Shown here one piece after another: positions 18,575 to 26,075 of a stretch of 46,089 nt of DNA (its first letter is position 1; every line of letters begins with the position of its first letter). The notes under the pieces are model-generated. The model searched no databases, was not told the origin of the DNA, and worked only from the letters and a program-made list of their open reading frames with translations. The stretch is from Verrucomicrobiota bacterium. Lineage in GTDB: Bacteria; Verrucomicrobiota; Verrucomicrobiia; Limisphaerales; CANJXF01. The stretch spans positions 1-46,089 of the forward strand of contig JBBQRQ010000034.1 in NCBI GenBank assembly GCA_038214755.1. The letters run 5' to 3'. Both the position numbers and the translations under genes were made by a program.

Positions 18575-18864
18575 CCTTGGCATTCCCCACAATTGGTTGC
18601 CGATTTTTCAATCCCAAAGGGATTGCATCTTTCAGCCCAGGGTTGCGAGGCACGAGCTACCCTGGGTGAACTCCACCAAGGGGATCAACCCTGAAGGGGT
18701 TGCAGCAGACCAATTTTAGGCGCGGAAAGAGATGCAACCCCGTTGGGGTTGAAAGAATTCTTTACGTCATCCCAACGTAGCTCGTGCCTCGCAACCCTGG
18801 GCTAAGTGATCCCAATCCTTTCAGGATTGAAGAAACACACGTTGAGATATGGGTAATGACAAGG
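18575..18864. mobile_element. MITE with IS-type TIRs carrying a tri-hairpin REPIN-like dyad, inserted into a GGGTAGC REP arm
   Basis: TIR CCTTG(G/T)CATT(C/A)CCCA, 13/15 match; CCGGAG duplicated (18568-18573 and 18865-18870); removing the insert restores CGCACCCGCCGGAGGCGAATGCTACCC. Confidence 0.85.
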
Positions 18865-18894
18865 CCGGAGGCGAATGCTACCCGTCTGATTGAT

Positions 18895-19839
18895 CTACTT
18901 CTCCTGTTTTAAAAAATCTTCATAGGCCAGTTGTATGCCTGCCTCCAGGCTGACCCGTGGTTTCCAGCCGAGCGCAAACAACCGCGAGCTATCCAGAAGT
19001 TTGCGCGGAGTTCCGTCCGGTTTGGAGTTATCCCAAATAATCTCGCCTTTGAAACCTATGATCGCTTTAATCAGTTCTGAGAGCGCGCCAATGGTCACTT
19101 CATCGCCGGAACCGACGTTGATGAATTGCGCCTCACTATAATTTTGCATCAGAAAAACACAGGCGCATCCCAAATCATCCGAGCACAGAAATTCGCGCAA
19201 CGGTTTCCCGGTCCCCCAACAAGTCATGGTTGCCGCATTGGTTATTTTCGCCTCGTGAAATTTTCGAATCAACGCCGGCAAAACGTGTGACCCATTCAAA
19301 TCATAGTTATCATTGACGCCATATAAATTCGTCGGCATGGCGCTGATGAAATCGTTGCCATATTGTTGGCGATAGGCCTGGGTCATTTTGATTCCGGCAA
19401 TTTTGGCGACGGCATACCACTCGTTGGTCGGTTCCAACGGGCCGGTCAAGAGATATTCCTCCTTCAGCGGTTGCGGCGCGAGCTTGGGGAAAATGCAGGA
19501 ACTGCCGAGGAACAAAAGCTTTTTCACTCCGGCCAGGTGCGACTGATGGATCAAATTATTTTGCACCTGAAGATTTTCAAAAAGAAATTCCGCAGGTTGT
19601 GTGCTGTTGGCCAAAATCCCGCCGACCTTTGCCGCCGCCACAAATACGTATTCCGGTTTTTGCTTCGCGAAAAACTTTTCCACGGCGGCCGTATCCAATA
19701 GATCCAACTCGGCCCGCGTTTTGCCAATCAAATGGCTGAAGCCCTGCGTCACCAATTCGCGCCAAATGGCGCTTCCCGCCAGGCCGCCGTGACCGGCGAC
19801 ATAGATGCGAGCGTCTTTCGGTATTTCCATATCAACCAC
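18895..19839 (-). CDS. fcl: GDP-L-fucose synthase
   Basis: [55 protein letters not shown]. Confidence 0.95.
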   Translation of the reverse strand: MVDMEIPKDARIYVAGHGGLAGSAIWRELVTQGFSHLIGKTRAELDLLDTAAVEKFFAKQKPEYVFVAAAKVGGILANSTQPAEFLFENLQVQNNLIHQSHLAGVKKLLFLGSSCIFPKLAPQPLKEEYLLTGPLEPTNEWYAVAKIAGIKMTQAYRQQYGNDFISAMPTNLYGVNDNYDLNGSHVLPALIRKFHEAKITNAATMTCWGTGKPLREFLCSDDLGCACVFLMQNYSEAQFINVGSGDEVTIGALSELIKAIIGFKGEIIWDNSKPDGTPRKLLDSSRLFALGWKPRVSLEAGIQLAYEDFLKQEK

Positions 19840-19994
19840 TCAGCTACCGGGATTGCCGGAAAATTGCAAGCAACACTGTCCTTGTTTGGGATAAAGTTTA
19901 AAAAAAATTGACACAACTTAACTCAACCTCTGGTTTTTTATCCTGCGGCAGGTATATTCACGGCATTGAGCAGCTTCTGATGAAGAGATGTCTC

Positions 19995-20010
19995 TGGTAT
20001 CGGCGCTGTT
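19995..20010 (+). promoter_or_regulatory. Degenerate sigma54 -24/-12 site for pilin 1
   Basis: TGGTATCGGCGCTGTT, positionally equivalent to the better site at 20646; has GT instead of GC at -12. Confidence 0.45.
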
Positions 20011-20023
20011 TAACCCGTATATC

Positions 20024-20095
20024 GCGGTTGGTTCCAGGCAATACGTGAACAAACTTAGTAATAATATAAACCGCCTGGCGCCGAGTTCACGCCGC
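20024..20095 (+). ncRNA. Candidate structured (pseudoknotted) 5' leader, copy 1
   Basis: GCGG/CCGC, CCAGGC/GCCTGG and CGTGAAC/GTTCACG pairings in interleaved order; near-identical copy 651 bp downstream. Confidence 0.55.
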
Positions 20096-20118
20096 ACAAA
20101 AGGAAAGTAAGAAATAAC

Positions 20119-20487
20119 ATGCAAACAAAAACAAATCGCAACTCAGCGTTCACCCTCGTAGAAATCATGATCGTCGTCGCGATCATCGGTCTTTTGGCCG
20201 CTATCGCGATTCCAAACTTCATTCGCGCTCGCGCTAAATCGCAACAGAACGCCTGCATCAACAACCTTCGCCAATATGACGGAGCTTTGCAGCAACTCGC
20301 TCTGGAAAACAGGCTCGCCTCCAGTGCGACCTACACGATGGCTGACTTGAAACCCTACATCAAATTGAATTCCACGAACGGCCTTCCCGGTTGCCCTGCA
20401 GGGGGAAATTATATTGCCGGTGCAACGATTACTAATGCGCCTACCTGCGACAAAGCCGCCGCGCCTGACTATCACACCGCCCCATAA
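20119..20487 (+). CDS. Type IV pilin-like prepilin 1
   Basis: Short basic leader, then A|FTLVEIMIVVAIIGLLAAIAIPNF; C...CP.GG.Y...C...H pattern. Confidence 0.92.
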   Translation: MQTKTNRNSAFTLVEIMIVVAIIGLLAAIAIPNFIRARAKSQQNACINNLRQYDGALQQLALENRLASSATYTMADLKPYIKLNSTNGLPGCPAGGNYIAGATITNAPTCDKAAAPDYHTAP

Positions 20488-20514
20488 GTAAATTGTTTAG
20501 TTCTAATCCAACAG

Positions 20515-20552
20515 AGGCCCGAAAGAGAAATCTTTCGGGCCTTTCCCTTTTT
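20515..20552 (+). terminator. Intrinsic terminator after pilin 1
   Basis: AGGCCCGAAAGA-gaaa-TCTTTCGGGCCT followed by a T-rich tail. Confidence 0.85.
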
Positions 20553-20645
20553 CGTGATTTGGGGGCGAGAGAATCGTTCCTATTTTTTCCCGGGGTTACT
20601 CCGGTGGCAACAAACAGTGCTCTAATTCATCGATGGAAGCGTATC

Positions 20646-20661
20646 TGGCATCAGTGCTGCT
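20646..20661 (+). promoter_or_regulatory. sigma54 -24/-12 promoter for pilin 2
   Basis: TGGCATCAGTGCTGCT (GG-N10-GC). Confidence 0.7.
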
Positions 20662-20674
20662 TAGCCAATATATC

Positions 20675-20746
20675 GCGGATGGTTCCAGGCAATACGTGAA
20701 CAAACTTAGTAATAATATAAACCGCCTGGCGCCAGGTTCACGCCGC
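20675..20746 (+). ncRNA. Candidate structured (pseudoknotted) 5' leader, copy 2
   Basis: Same three pairings as copy 1; the 3 differences fall in predicted unpaired linkers. Confidence 0.55.
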
Positions 20747-20769
20747 ACAAACAGAAAGTAAAAAATAAC

Positions 20770-21138
20770 ATGCAAACAAAAACAAATCGTAAGTCGGGTT
20801 TCACCCTCGTAGAAATCATGATCGTCGTCGCTATCATCGGTCTTTTGGCCGCTATCGCGATTCCGAACTTCATTCGCGCTCGCGCTAAATCGCAACAGAA
20901 CGCCTGCATCAACAACCTTCGCCAATATGACGGAGCTTTGCAGCAGTTCGCTCTGGAAAACAAGCTGGCTTCCACTTCCACCTACACCACGAATGACCTG
21001 GCGCCCTACATCAAGTTGACCACAGCCGGCGGCCTCCCTGCCTGCCCTGCAGGCGGAACTTATACGGCTGGTGCGACGATCACCAATGCTCCTACATGCA
21101 ACAAATCAGCTTCGCCTGATTATCACGTGGCCCCATAA
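20770..21138 (+). CDS. Type IV pilin-like prepilin 2
   Basis: G|FTLVEIMIVVAIIGLLAAIAIPNF; N-half nearly identical to pilin 1, C-half diverged. Confidence 0.92.
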   Translation: MQTKTNRKSGFTLVEIMIVVAIIGLLAAIAIPNFIRARAKSQQNACINNLRQYDGALQQFALENKLASTSTYTTNDLAPYIKLTTAGGLPACPAGGTYTAGATITNAPTCNKSASPDYHVAP

Positions 21139-21156
21139 GTTGATTTTGGAATCAAG

Positions 21157-21192
21157 AAAGGCCCGAAAGAATCTTTCGGGCCTTTCCCTTTT
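21157..21192 (+). terminator. Intrinsic terminator after pilin 2
   Basis: AAAGGCCCGAAAG-aat-CTTTCGGGCCTTT followed by CCCTTTT. Confidence 0.85.
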
Positions 21193-21268
21193 CGGCGGCC
21201 TGAGGCGGGGAAAACGTTTCGATGGATTTTATTCTGGCGATGAGGTTTTGGAAACCACGTTTTCCTAA

Positions 21269-21284
21269 TGGCACTTAGGTTGCT
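21269..21284 (+). promoter_or_regulatory. sigma54 -24/-12 promoter for pilin 3
   Basis: TGGCACTTAGGTTGCT matches the consensus TGGCAC-N5-TTGCW exactly. Confidence 0.8.
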
Positions 21285-21343
21285 CAAGAATAATGATGAA
21301 TAGAGCCGAGCGTCCTTTGACTTAGAGCAAAAACGAAAAATTC

Positions 21344-21709
21344 ATGAACACAAAAACAAACACAACATCTGGTTTTACGCTGGTGGAGATTATGATCGTG
21401 GTAGCCATCATTGGCCTGCTTGCTGCCATTGCCATCCCGAACTTCGTTCGCGCTCGCGCCAAATCGCAACAGAAAGCCTGCATCAATAACCTCCGACAAA
21501 TTGATGGCGCGATTGCGCAGTGGGCGTTGGAATACAAAAAAGTCTCAGCGGATGCCGTCACACTCAATGATTGCAAGCCTTTCATGAAACTCACCACCGC
21601 TGGAGAAATTCCGACTTGCCCGGCCCTGGGCACTTACGCAGTGACCATCGTGTCAAATCTAGCGACTTGCACTCTTTCTGTCGCTCCTGACTATCACGTG
21701 TCCGACTAG
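21344..21709 (+). CDS. Type IV pilin-like prepilin 3
   Basis: G|FTLVEIMIVVAIIGLLAAIAIPNF...KACINNLRQ...CPALG.Y...TC...PDYH. Confidence 0.92.
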   Translation: MNTKTNTTSGFTLVEIMIVVAIIGLLAAIAIPNFVRARAKSQQKACINNLRQIDGAIAQWALEYKKVSADAVTLNDCKPFMKLTTAGEIPTCPALGTYAVTIVSNLATCTLSVAPDYHVSD

Positions 21710-21845
21710 TCTCGGTGAAAGCCGAACAGGTTTCGTGTTTCATCCTCTTCAACGAGGCGCGAGTCTCACGGAGCGGTCAGAAAAATTTTAGGATGGGACG
21801 GAAAAAATCTCGCCAAACCACGAAACTCTTTTCTAAATCCGTCGC

Positions 21846-22589
21846 GTGAGCGCGATTCTTGAAATCAAAAACCTCCGGGTCGAATATCGGAGCCGCGAAG
21901 CCGGCCAGGGCCTTAAAATTGCCGTTAACGATTTGAACCTGAGCGTTCAAGCCGGAGAAGTTTTCGGGTTCCTCGGACCCAACGGCGCGGGCAAAACGAC
22001 GACCATGAATGTTTTGCTCGGCTTCGTGAACGCCACGAGCGGCACCGCTTCCATTTTCGGCGTCGATGTCCGGCAACCCATCGCGCGCCAGCGAATTGGT
22101 TATCTTCCCGAACTGACCTACTACTACAAATTTCTGAACGCGGAAGAGCTACTGCGATTCTACGCCCGAATTTTTAAAATCCCACCGGCGCAGCGTGAGT
22201 CGCGCATCGACGCCGTTTTGAAATTAGTCGAATTGGAATCAGCTCGAAAAAGGCTGATTAAAACATATTCAAAAGGAATGCAGCAGCGGGTGGGACTGGC
22301 CCAGGCGCTCATCAATGATCCCGATCTGCTCATTCTCGACGAGCCGACCAGCGGCCTGGACCCCATCGGTCGCATGAAAGTCCGTGAGATTATTCAGCGC
22401 CTGAAAAACGAAGGAAAAACCGTTTTCTTTTCCTCGCACGAACTCGGTGAGGTGGAAACGGTGTGTGATCGCGTGGCCATCCTCAATGACGGACAGCTCA
22501 AAGTGGAAGGTCGCGTCGGCGATTTGGTTCAAGAATACCAGTGCAACCTCGAACAAATCTTTTTGAAAATTATCGGGCACCAAGTGTAG
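21846..22589 (+). CDS. ABC transporter ATP-binding protein (PilH/XapD-like by context)
   Basis: GPNGAGKTT, YSKGMQQR, LILDEPTSGLD, SSH. Confidence 0.92.
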   Translation: MSAILEIKNLRVEYRSREAGQGLKIAVNDLNLSVQAGEVFGFLGPNGAGKTTTMNVLLGFVNATSGTASIFGVDVRQPIARQRIGYLPELTYYYKFLNAEELLRFYARIFKIPPAQRESRIDAVLKLVELESARKRLIKTYSKGMQQRVGLAQALINDPDLLILDEPTSGLDPIGRMKVREIIQRLKNEGKTVFFSSHELGEVETVCDRVAILNDGQLKVEGRVGDLVQEYQCNLEQIFLKIIGHQV

Positions 22590-22764
22590 CGGCAGTGCAT
22601 CCTGCCTGCCGTAGAGCCGTGGCGTCTCGCCCGGCGGATTGAACAAACCATGCGAAAATTTATGAACTATCTGACAGTGAAAAACGCATCTTCTCAGTCC
22701 GGACGACGAGAATCCGGGCGGCGAGACGCGCGCCCTCTACGTCAGGCGAGACGCCCGACGCTAC
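22586..22764. repeat. GTAG-type REP dyad; its GTAG supplies the ABC gene's TAG stop
   Basis: GTAGCGGCAGTGCATCCTGCCTGCCGTAGAG...CCCGGCGGA / TCCGGGCGGC...CTCTACGTCAGGCGAGACGCCCGACGCTAC. Confidence 0.8.
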
Positions 22765-22786
22765 TTAAATTACGGCTTGACTCACT

Positions 22787-23563
22787 ATGAACAACGCCCT
22801 TGCTGTCGCTGGAATCGTCATCAAGGAGATGTATCGCCGGAAAGATTTTTACGTTTTATTCATCCTCACCGCTCTCATCACCATGGTGATGGGATCCTTC
22901 AAATTTTTTCACGACGACAAAATTGTTCGTTACCTCAAAGAAATTTGTTTATTGCTGATTTGGATTTCTTCATTAGTCGTCGCCATCACCACCGGCGCCC
23001 GGCAACTGCCCGCTGAAAAAGAATTTCGCACTATTTTTCCGCTCCTGGCCAAACCGATCACGCGCGGCCAATTGATCCTCGGAAAGTTTTTCGGCTGCTG
23101 GCTCGCGTGCGGATTGGCCTTGGTCCTTTTCTATCTTTTTTTCGGAATCATCAGCGGCGCGCACGAACATCAGTGGCCAGTCCTGAATTATTTTCAGGCG
23201 CTTTGGTTGCATTGGATTTTTCTGGCTGTCGTGCTGGCATTGGTGCTTTTAGGCTCGGTCGTTTTTACCGCCGTGTCTTCCAACGCGACCATTAGTTTTA
23301 TCATCATCGCCGGAATTTTGTTCGTAGGGCGCCACCTCAATCAAGTCGCGCTGCATCTCTCCGAGCCTGCTCAATCGATTGTTTACGCGATCTATTTTGC
23401 CATCCCGCATCTGGAATTTTACGACGTGCGTGACTTGATCATCCACAACCTGCCCTTGATTCGTTGGAGCGTGTTCGGGCTGGCGACGCTTTATGGAATG
23501 GCCTACGCCGTTTTTTTTCTCTACGCGACCTGGCTGATTTTCCGGAGAAAAAGCTTGAACTGA
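22787..23563 (+). CDS. ABC-2 type permease (PilI-like by context)
   Basis: Six-TM pattern; LPAEKEFRTIFPLLAKPITRGQLILGKFFG. Confidence 0.88.
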   Translation: MNNALAVAGIVIKEMYRRKDFYVLFILTALITMVMGSFKFFHDDKIVRYLKEICLLLIWISSLVVAITTGARQLPAEKEFRTIFPLLAKPITRGQLILGKFFGCWLACGLALVLFYLFFGIISGAHEHQWPVLNYFQALWLHWIFLAVVLALVLLGSVVFTAVSSNATISFIIIAGILFVGRHLNQVALHLSEPAQSIVYAIYFAIPHLEFYDVRDLIIHNLPLIRWSVFGLATLYGMAYAVFFLYATWLIFRRKSLN

Positions 23564-23564
23564 T

Positions 23565-24530
23565 ATGGATACGAAATCCGAAGGCCGCTATCCGAAATCC
23601 GAAGACGGAAGAACCTGGATTTCGGGACTTCGGAGTTCGGATTTAGCGATGTGCTCACCCTTACTCGTTTTGTCTTTGCTGTTCGCCCTTTGCTTGAGCT
23701 TCGGCTCAACCCTTGAACCGTGGCGCCAAAACTGGAGTGGCGGTCGGAATAAATCGGCCAACGTGTTGAATGTTTTGATCGGCGACAGCCGCGCCCTGTT
23801 CGCGAACCATTTTTTTGCCCGAGCCGACGCCTATTTTCACAGCGGATATTACCCGAGCATCTTCGACACGCGAAAGACCGAGGAGCCATCGCACATGATC
23901 AATGGCGCAGGAGAAGAAGGTCGCGAGGAAGAACATCACGACGAAAACGAAAACGGTTTTCTCGCAGCGCCCAAAGATTGGATTGATCGCTTTGGCAGAA
24001 ACTTTTTCCCATCGCACCACAGCCATTTGGAAAAAAATGGCGATGAGCGGGAAATTCTGCCCTGGCTGCGATTGTCGGCGGAGTTGGATCCGCAGCGAGT
24101 AGAGACATACACCATTGCTTCATATTGGCTGCGCAGCCGTTTGGGAAAAGTTGATGAGGCCGAACAATTTTTGCGCGAGGGATTGCGGGCCAATCCCGAC
24201 AGCTACGAAATTTATTTTGAACTGGGCCGCATCTACGACGAGAACCGGCGCGATGCAAAAATGGCGCGCAATCTTTGGGAAGTCGCCTTGCGAAAATGGG
24301 AAGCGCAGTTGCGAAAATCCGAAGCGGAAAATAATCCTGCCGGAAAACCCAATGACTTGGTTTATGAAGGCATTGTCGCGCGGCTGGCGAAGCTGGAAGA
24401 GGCGCAGGAGAATTTTCCGCAAGCGCTCCGTTATCTGAAATTGCTCAAAGAGAAATCGCCAGCCGCGGCCCAGATTCAGAAACAAATCGACGAACTGGAG
24501 CAGAAAGTTAAAGGCCATTCGGCGCCATAA
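23565..24530 (+). CDS. Membrane-anchored TPR protein with His/Glu-rich insert (true start may be ATG 23649)
   Basis: N-terminal TM; ADAYFHSG; LDPQ.VETY...A.YWL...EAEQFLREGLRANPDSYEIYFELG (TPR). Confidence 0.8.
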   Translation: MDTKSEGRYPKSEDGRTWISGLRSSDLAMCSPLLVLSLLFALCLSFGSTLEPWRQNWSGGRNKSANVLNVLIGDSRALFANHFFARADAYFHSGYYPSIFDTRKTEEPSHMINGAGEEGREEEHHDENENGFLAAPKDWIDRFGRNFFPSHHSHLEKNGDEREILPWLRLSAELDPQRVETYTIASYWLRSRLGKVDEAEQFLREGLRANPDSYEIYFELGRIYDENRRDAKMARNLWEVALRKWEAQLRKSEAENNPAGKPNDLVYEGIVARLAKLEEAQENFPQALRYLKLLKEKSPAAAQIQKQIDELEQKVKGHSAP

Positions 24531-24567
24531 TTTTTTTGTCCGCCAACCCAGCCTTTTTTTTCCATGG

Positions 24568-24706
24568 ATCGGTTGCCGAAATAGATTGCCGGATAGGAGT
24601 GCCGATTCCCCAACCGGCAGGAGAGCGATTGAATCCAACGAGCCGAACTGGAGTTCGGCGTTCCGTTCGCAGGGCGCCTTTCCAGAAATTTATTTTGGCG
24701 ACCAAT
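24568..24706. repeat. MITE-like palindrome with internal GGAG REP remnant
   Basis: ATCGGTTGCCGAAATAGATT ... AATTTATTTTGGCGACCAAT inverted ends. Confidence 0.55.
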
Positions 24707-24785
24707 TTGGAAAACAAAATTGAAAGTTGTTGAAATCCAGTGGGCGCGTTCTACTATTTCGGCGCGTTAGAAAGCGCAAGCCGGT

Positions 24786-24862
24786 CGGGACGTAGCGTAG
24801 CTTGGTAGCGCGTCTGAATGGGGTTCAGAAGGTCGTGAGTTCAAATCTCACCGTCCCGACCA
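24786..24862 (+). tRNA. tRNA-Pro(GGG)
   Basis: CGGGACGTAGCGTAGCTTGGTAGCGCG-TCTGA-ATGGGGT-TCAGA-AGGTCGTGAGTTCAAATCTCACCGTCCCGACCA. Confidence 0.95.
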
Positions 24863-24976
24863 TTTTCTCCGCAGGCCGCTGGTTGAACCATTCCCTTCGT
24901 CTCAACTCGGACCAGCCCTGTCCCGAAATTATCCAGCCGTCGCCCCTCGCCCGCCCTGCTCCACTTCACCAGTCGG

Positions 24977-24992
24977 TGGCATATCCGATGCT
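24977..24992 (+). promoter_or_regulatory. Putative sigma54 site before a small ORF
   Basis: TGGCATATCCGATGCT (GG-N10-GC), about 13 nt before ATG 25005. Confidence 0.5.
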
Positions 24993-25004
24993 ACCATCGA
25001 GAGT

Positions 25005-25184
25005 ATGATTACAATTTGCCTGACAATCTATCTCGTGTTGGCCGCGACATTTATTTTCTCGCTCGCGTTTGCAGCAGCGCGTCCCGTTCCGCAACCCGAT
25101 TACGCCGACCAATTGATCCAACTCATGCTCAGAACGGAACTGCGTTCCAAGCCGTCAGTCTGGCAAATGGATACGGCGGCATGA
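25005..25184 (+). CDS. Small hydrophobic-N-terminus protein (59 aa)
   Basis: MITICLTIYLVLAATFIFSLAFAAARPVPQPDY...; TM/signal-like. Confidence 0.5.
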   Translation: MITICLTIYLVLAATFIFSLAFAAARPVPQPDYADQLIQLMLRTELRSKPSVWQMDTAA

Positions 25185-25221
25185 CATGACAAAGGCGGGA
25201 TGAGTTTTACGTCCTTGAGAT

Positions 25222-25410
25222 ATGAATCTGATCGAAGACGGGATCCGGCAAGCCGAATTTGAGGAAGCAAAATTGACGCGCCTCATCGCAGAGGCGGAGC
25301 AGGTCGAATTGTCTTCGGCTAAATCGAGAGTCGTTTGGCGCAAACAAGCGGACCTGGTTCATAGCATCAGAAACCGCCTGAAACAGCAGCGCAACGAAAG
25401 GGGCTTTTAA
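25222..25410 (+). CDS. Small coiled-coil hypothetical protein (62 aa)
   Basis: ATG start; amphipathic helical composition. Confidence 0.45.
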   Translation: MNLIEDGIRQAEFEEAKLTRLIAEAEQVELSSAKSRVVWRKQADLVHSIRNRLKQQRNERGF

Positions 25411-25508
25411 GAATTTTTTTCGCGCGCGACTTATCCATGGTCGTCTCCGCTCAAAATATGGTCATTCGAGATTTTACGAAAGAGGCTTGAATCCTTGGGA
25501 GCCAAGAA

Positions 25509-25622
25509 ATGATACCCAAACTCGTTCAATTCATTTTGTGGCTGGCGGATGGCGTGATTTACGATCTTCAGGAACGCGCCTCGTCAAGGCGCAGCGAGTT
25601 GTTAGAACCCATGGTGCAATGA
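25509..25622 (+). CDS. Possible 37-aa small protein
   Basis: MIPKLVQFILWLADGVIYDLQERASSRRSELLEPMVQ*; GGAG upstream. Confidence 0.3.
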   Translation: MIPKLVQFILWLADGVIYDLQERASSRRSELLEPMVQ

Positions 25623-25638
25623 ATGTCGGCTTAAATCC

Positions 25639-25746
25639 ATGACCACGAAAAAATCTAAAATCAAAACATTGAGAGACGCGGTTTTGCTTTTGGGCTACAC
25701 GGTTCTCGCCGGGCTTCTACTCTTCCAGTTTTTCGGTTTTCTCTGA
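25639..25746 (+). CDS. Possible 35-aa single-TM peptide
   Basis: MTTKKSKIKTLRDAVLLLGYTVLAGLLLFQFFGFL*: basic N-terminus plus TM. Confidence 0.4.
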   Translation: MTTKKSKIKTLRDAVLLLGYTVLAGLLLFQFFGFL

Positions 25747-25920
25747 CGGTGGACTGGCCGCTAGTTTCCATTTCTTTCCGCTGGCAAAAACTTCCCACCG
25801 TTTTCATCTCTTATTTTTCTTGTCGTGCCCTGAAGTGAATTCCTCGGAATTTATCCAGCAATCCTGGGACGCCGCCACCGGAGGAAGTTCAAGGGAATTT
25901 TCTGGATGGAAAGCGAGTCG

Positions 25921-25981
25921 AAAAAAAAGAGCCGCCGGGAAAACCTAAACCCGGCGACCCTTGAACCAAGGAGCCTACCGG
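25921..25981 (-). ncRNA. Candidate sigma54-dependent sRNA (~60 nt)
   Basis: Minus-strand TGGCATGAATCCGGCT (25992-26007), then CCGGTAGGCTCCTTGGTTCAA and terminator GGGTCGCCGGG-loop-CCCGGCGGCTC-T8; no ORF. Confidence 0.5.
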
Positions 25982-26075
25982 TTATGAGAATAGCCGGATT
26001 CATGCCACAACCTAAGAGTGCAAATTAATTTTAAATCCCGCGCGTTAGTTTTTTGTTTAATGCCTCTTCCCGGCT

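Noticed and set aside
20024..20095. Assigning the pilin leader to c-di-GMP-I/II, ZTP or a known self-cleaving ribozyme
   Set aside because: It lacks the diagnostic motifs as I recall them (e.g. the GCAAA/GNRA-receptor of GEMM, the kink-turn of c-di-GMP-II); a cmscan is needed, so no name is given.
20119..21709. Pilin repeats as a DGR template/variable pair or as silent pilS-type cassettes
   Set aside because: No reverse transcriptase is present in the window, the differences are not adenine-restricted, and all three genes are full-length with their own promoter-like sites.
12253..24862. Integrative element or prophage bounded by the two tRNAs
   Set aside because: No integrase, phage genes or duplicated tRNA 3' end were seen, and both tRNA 3' ends point away from this interval.
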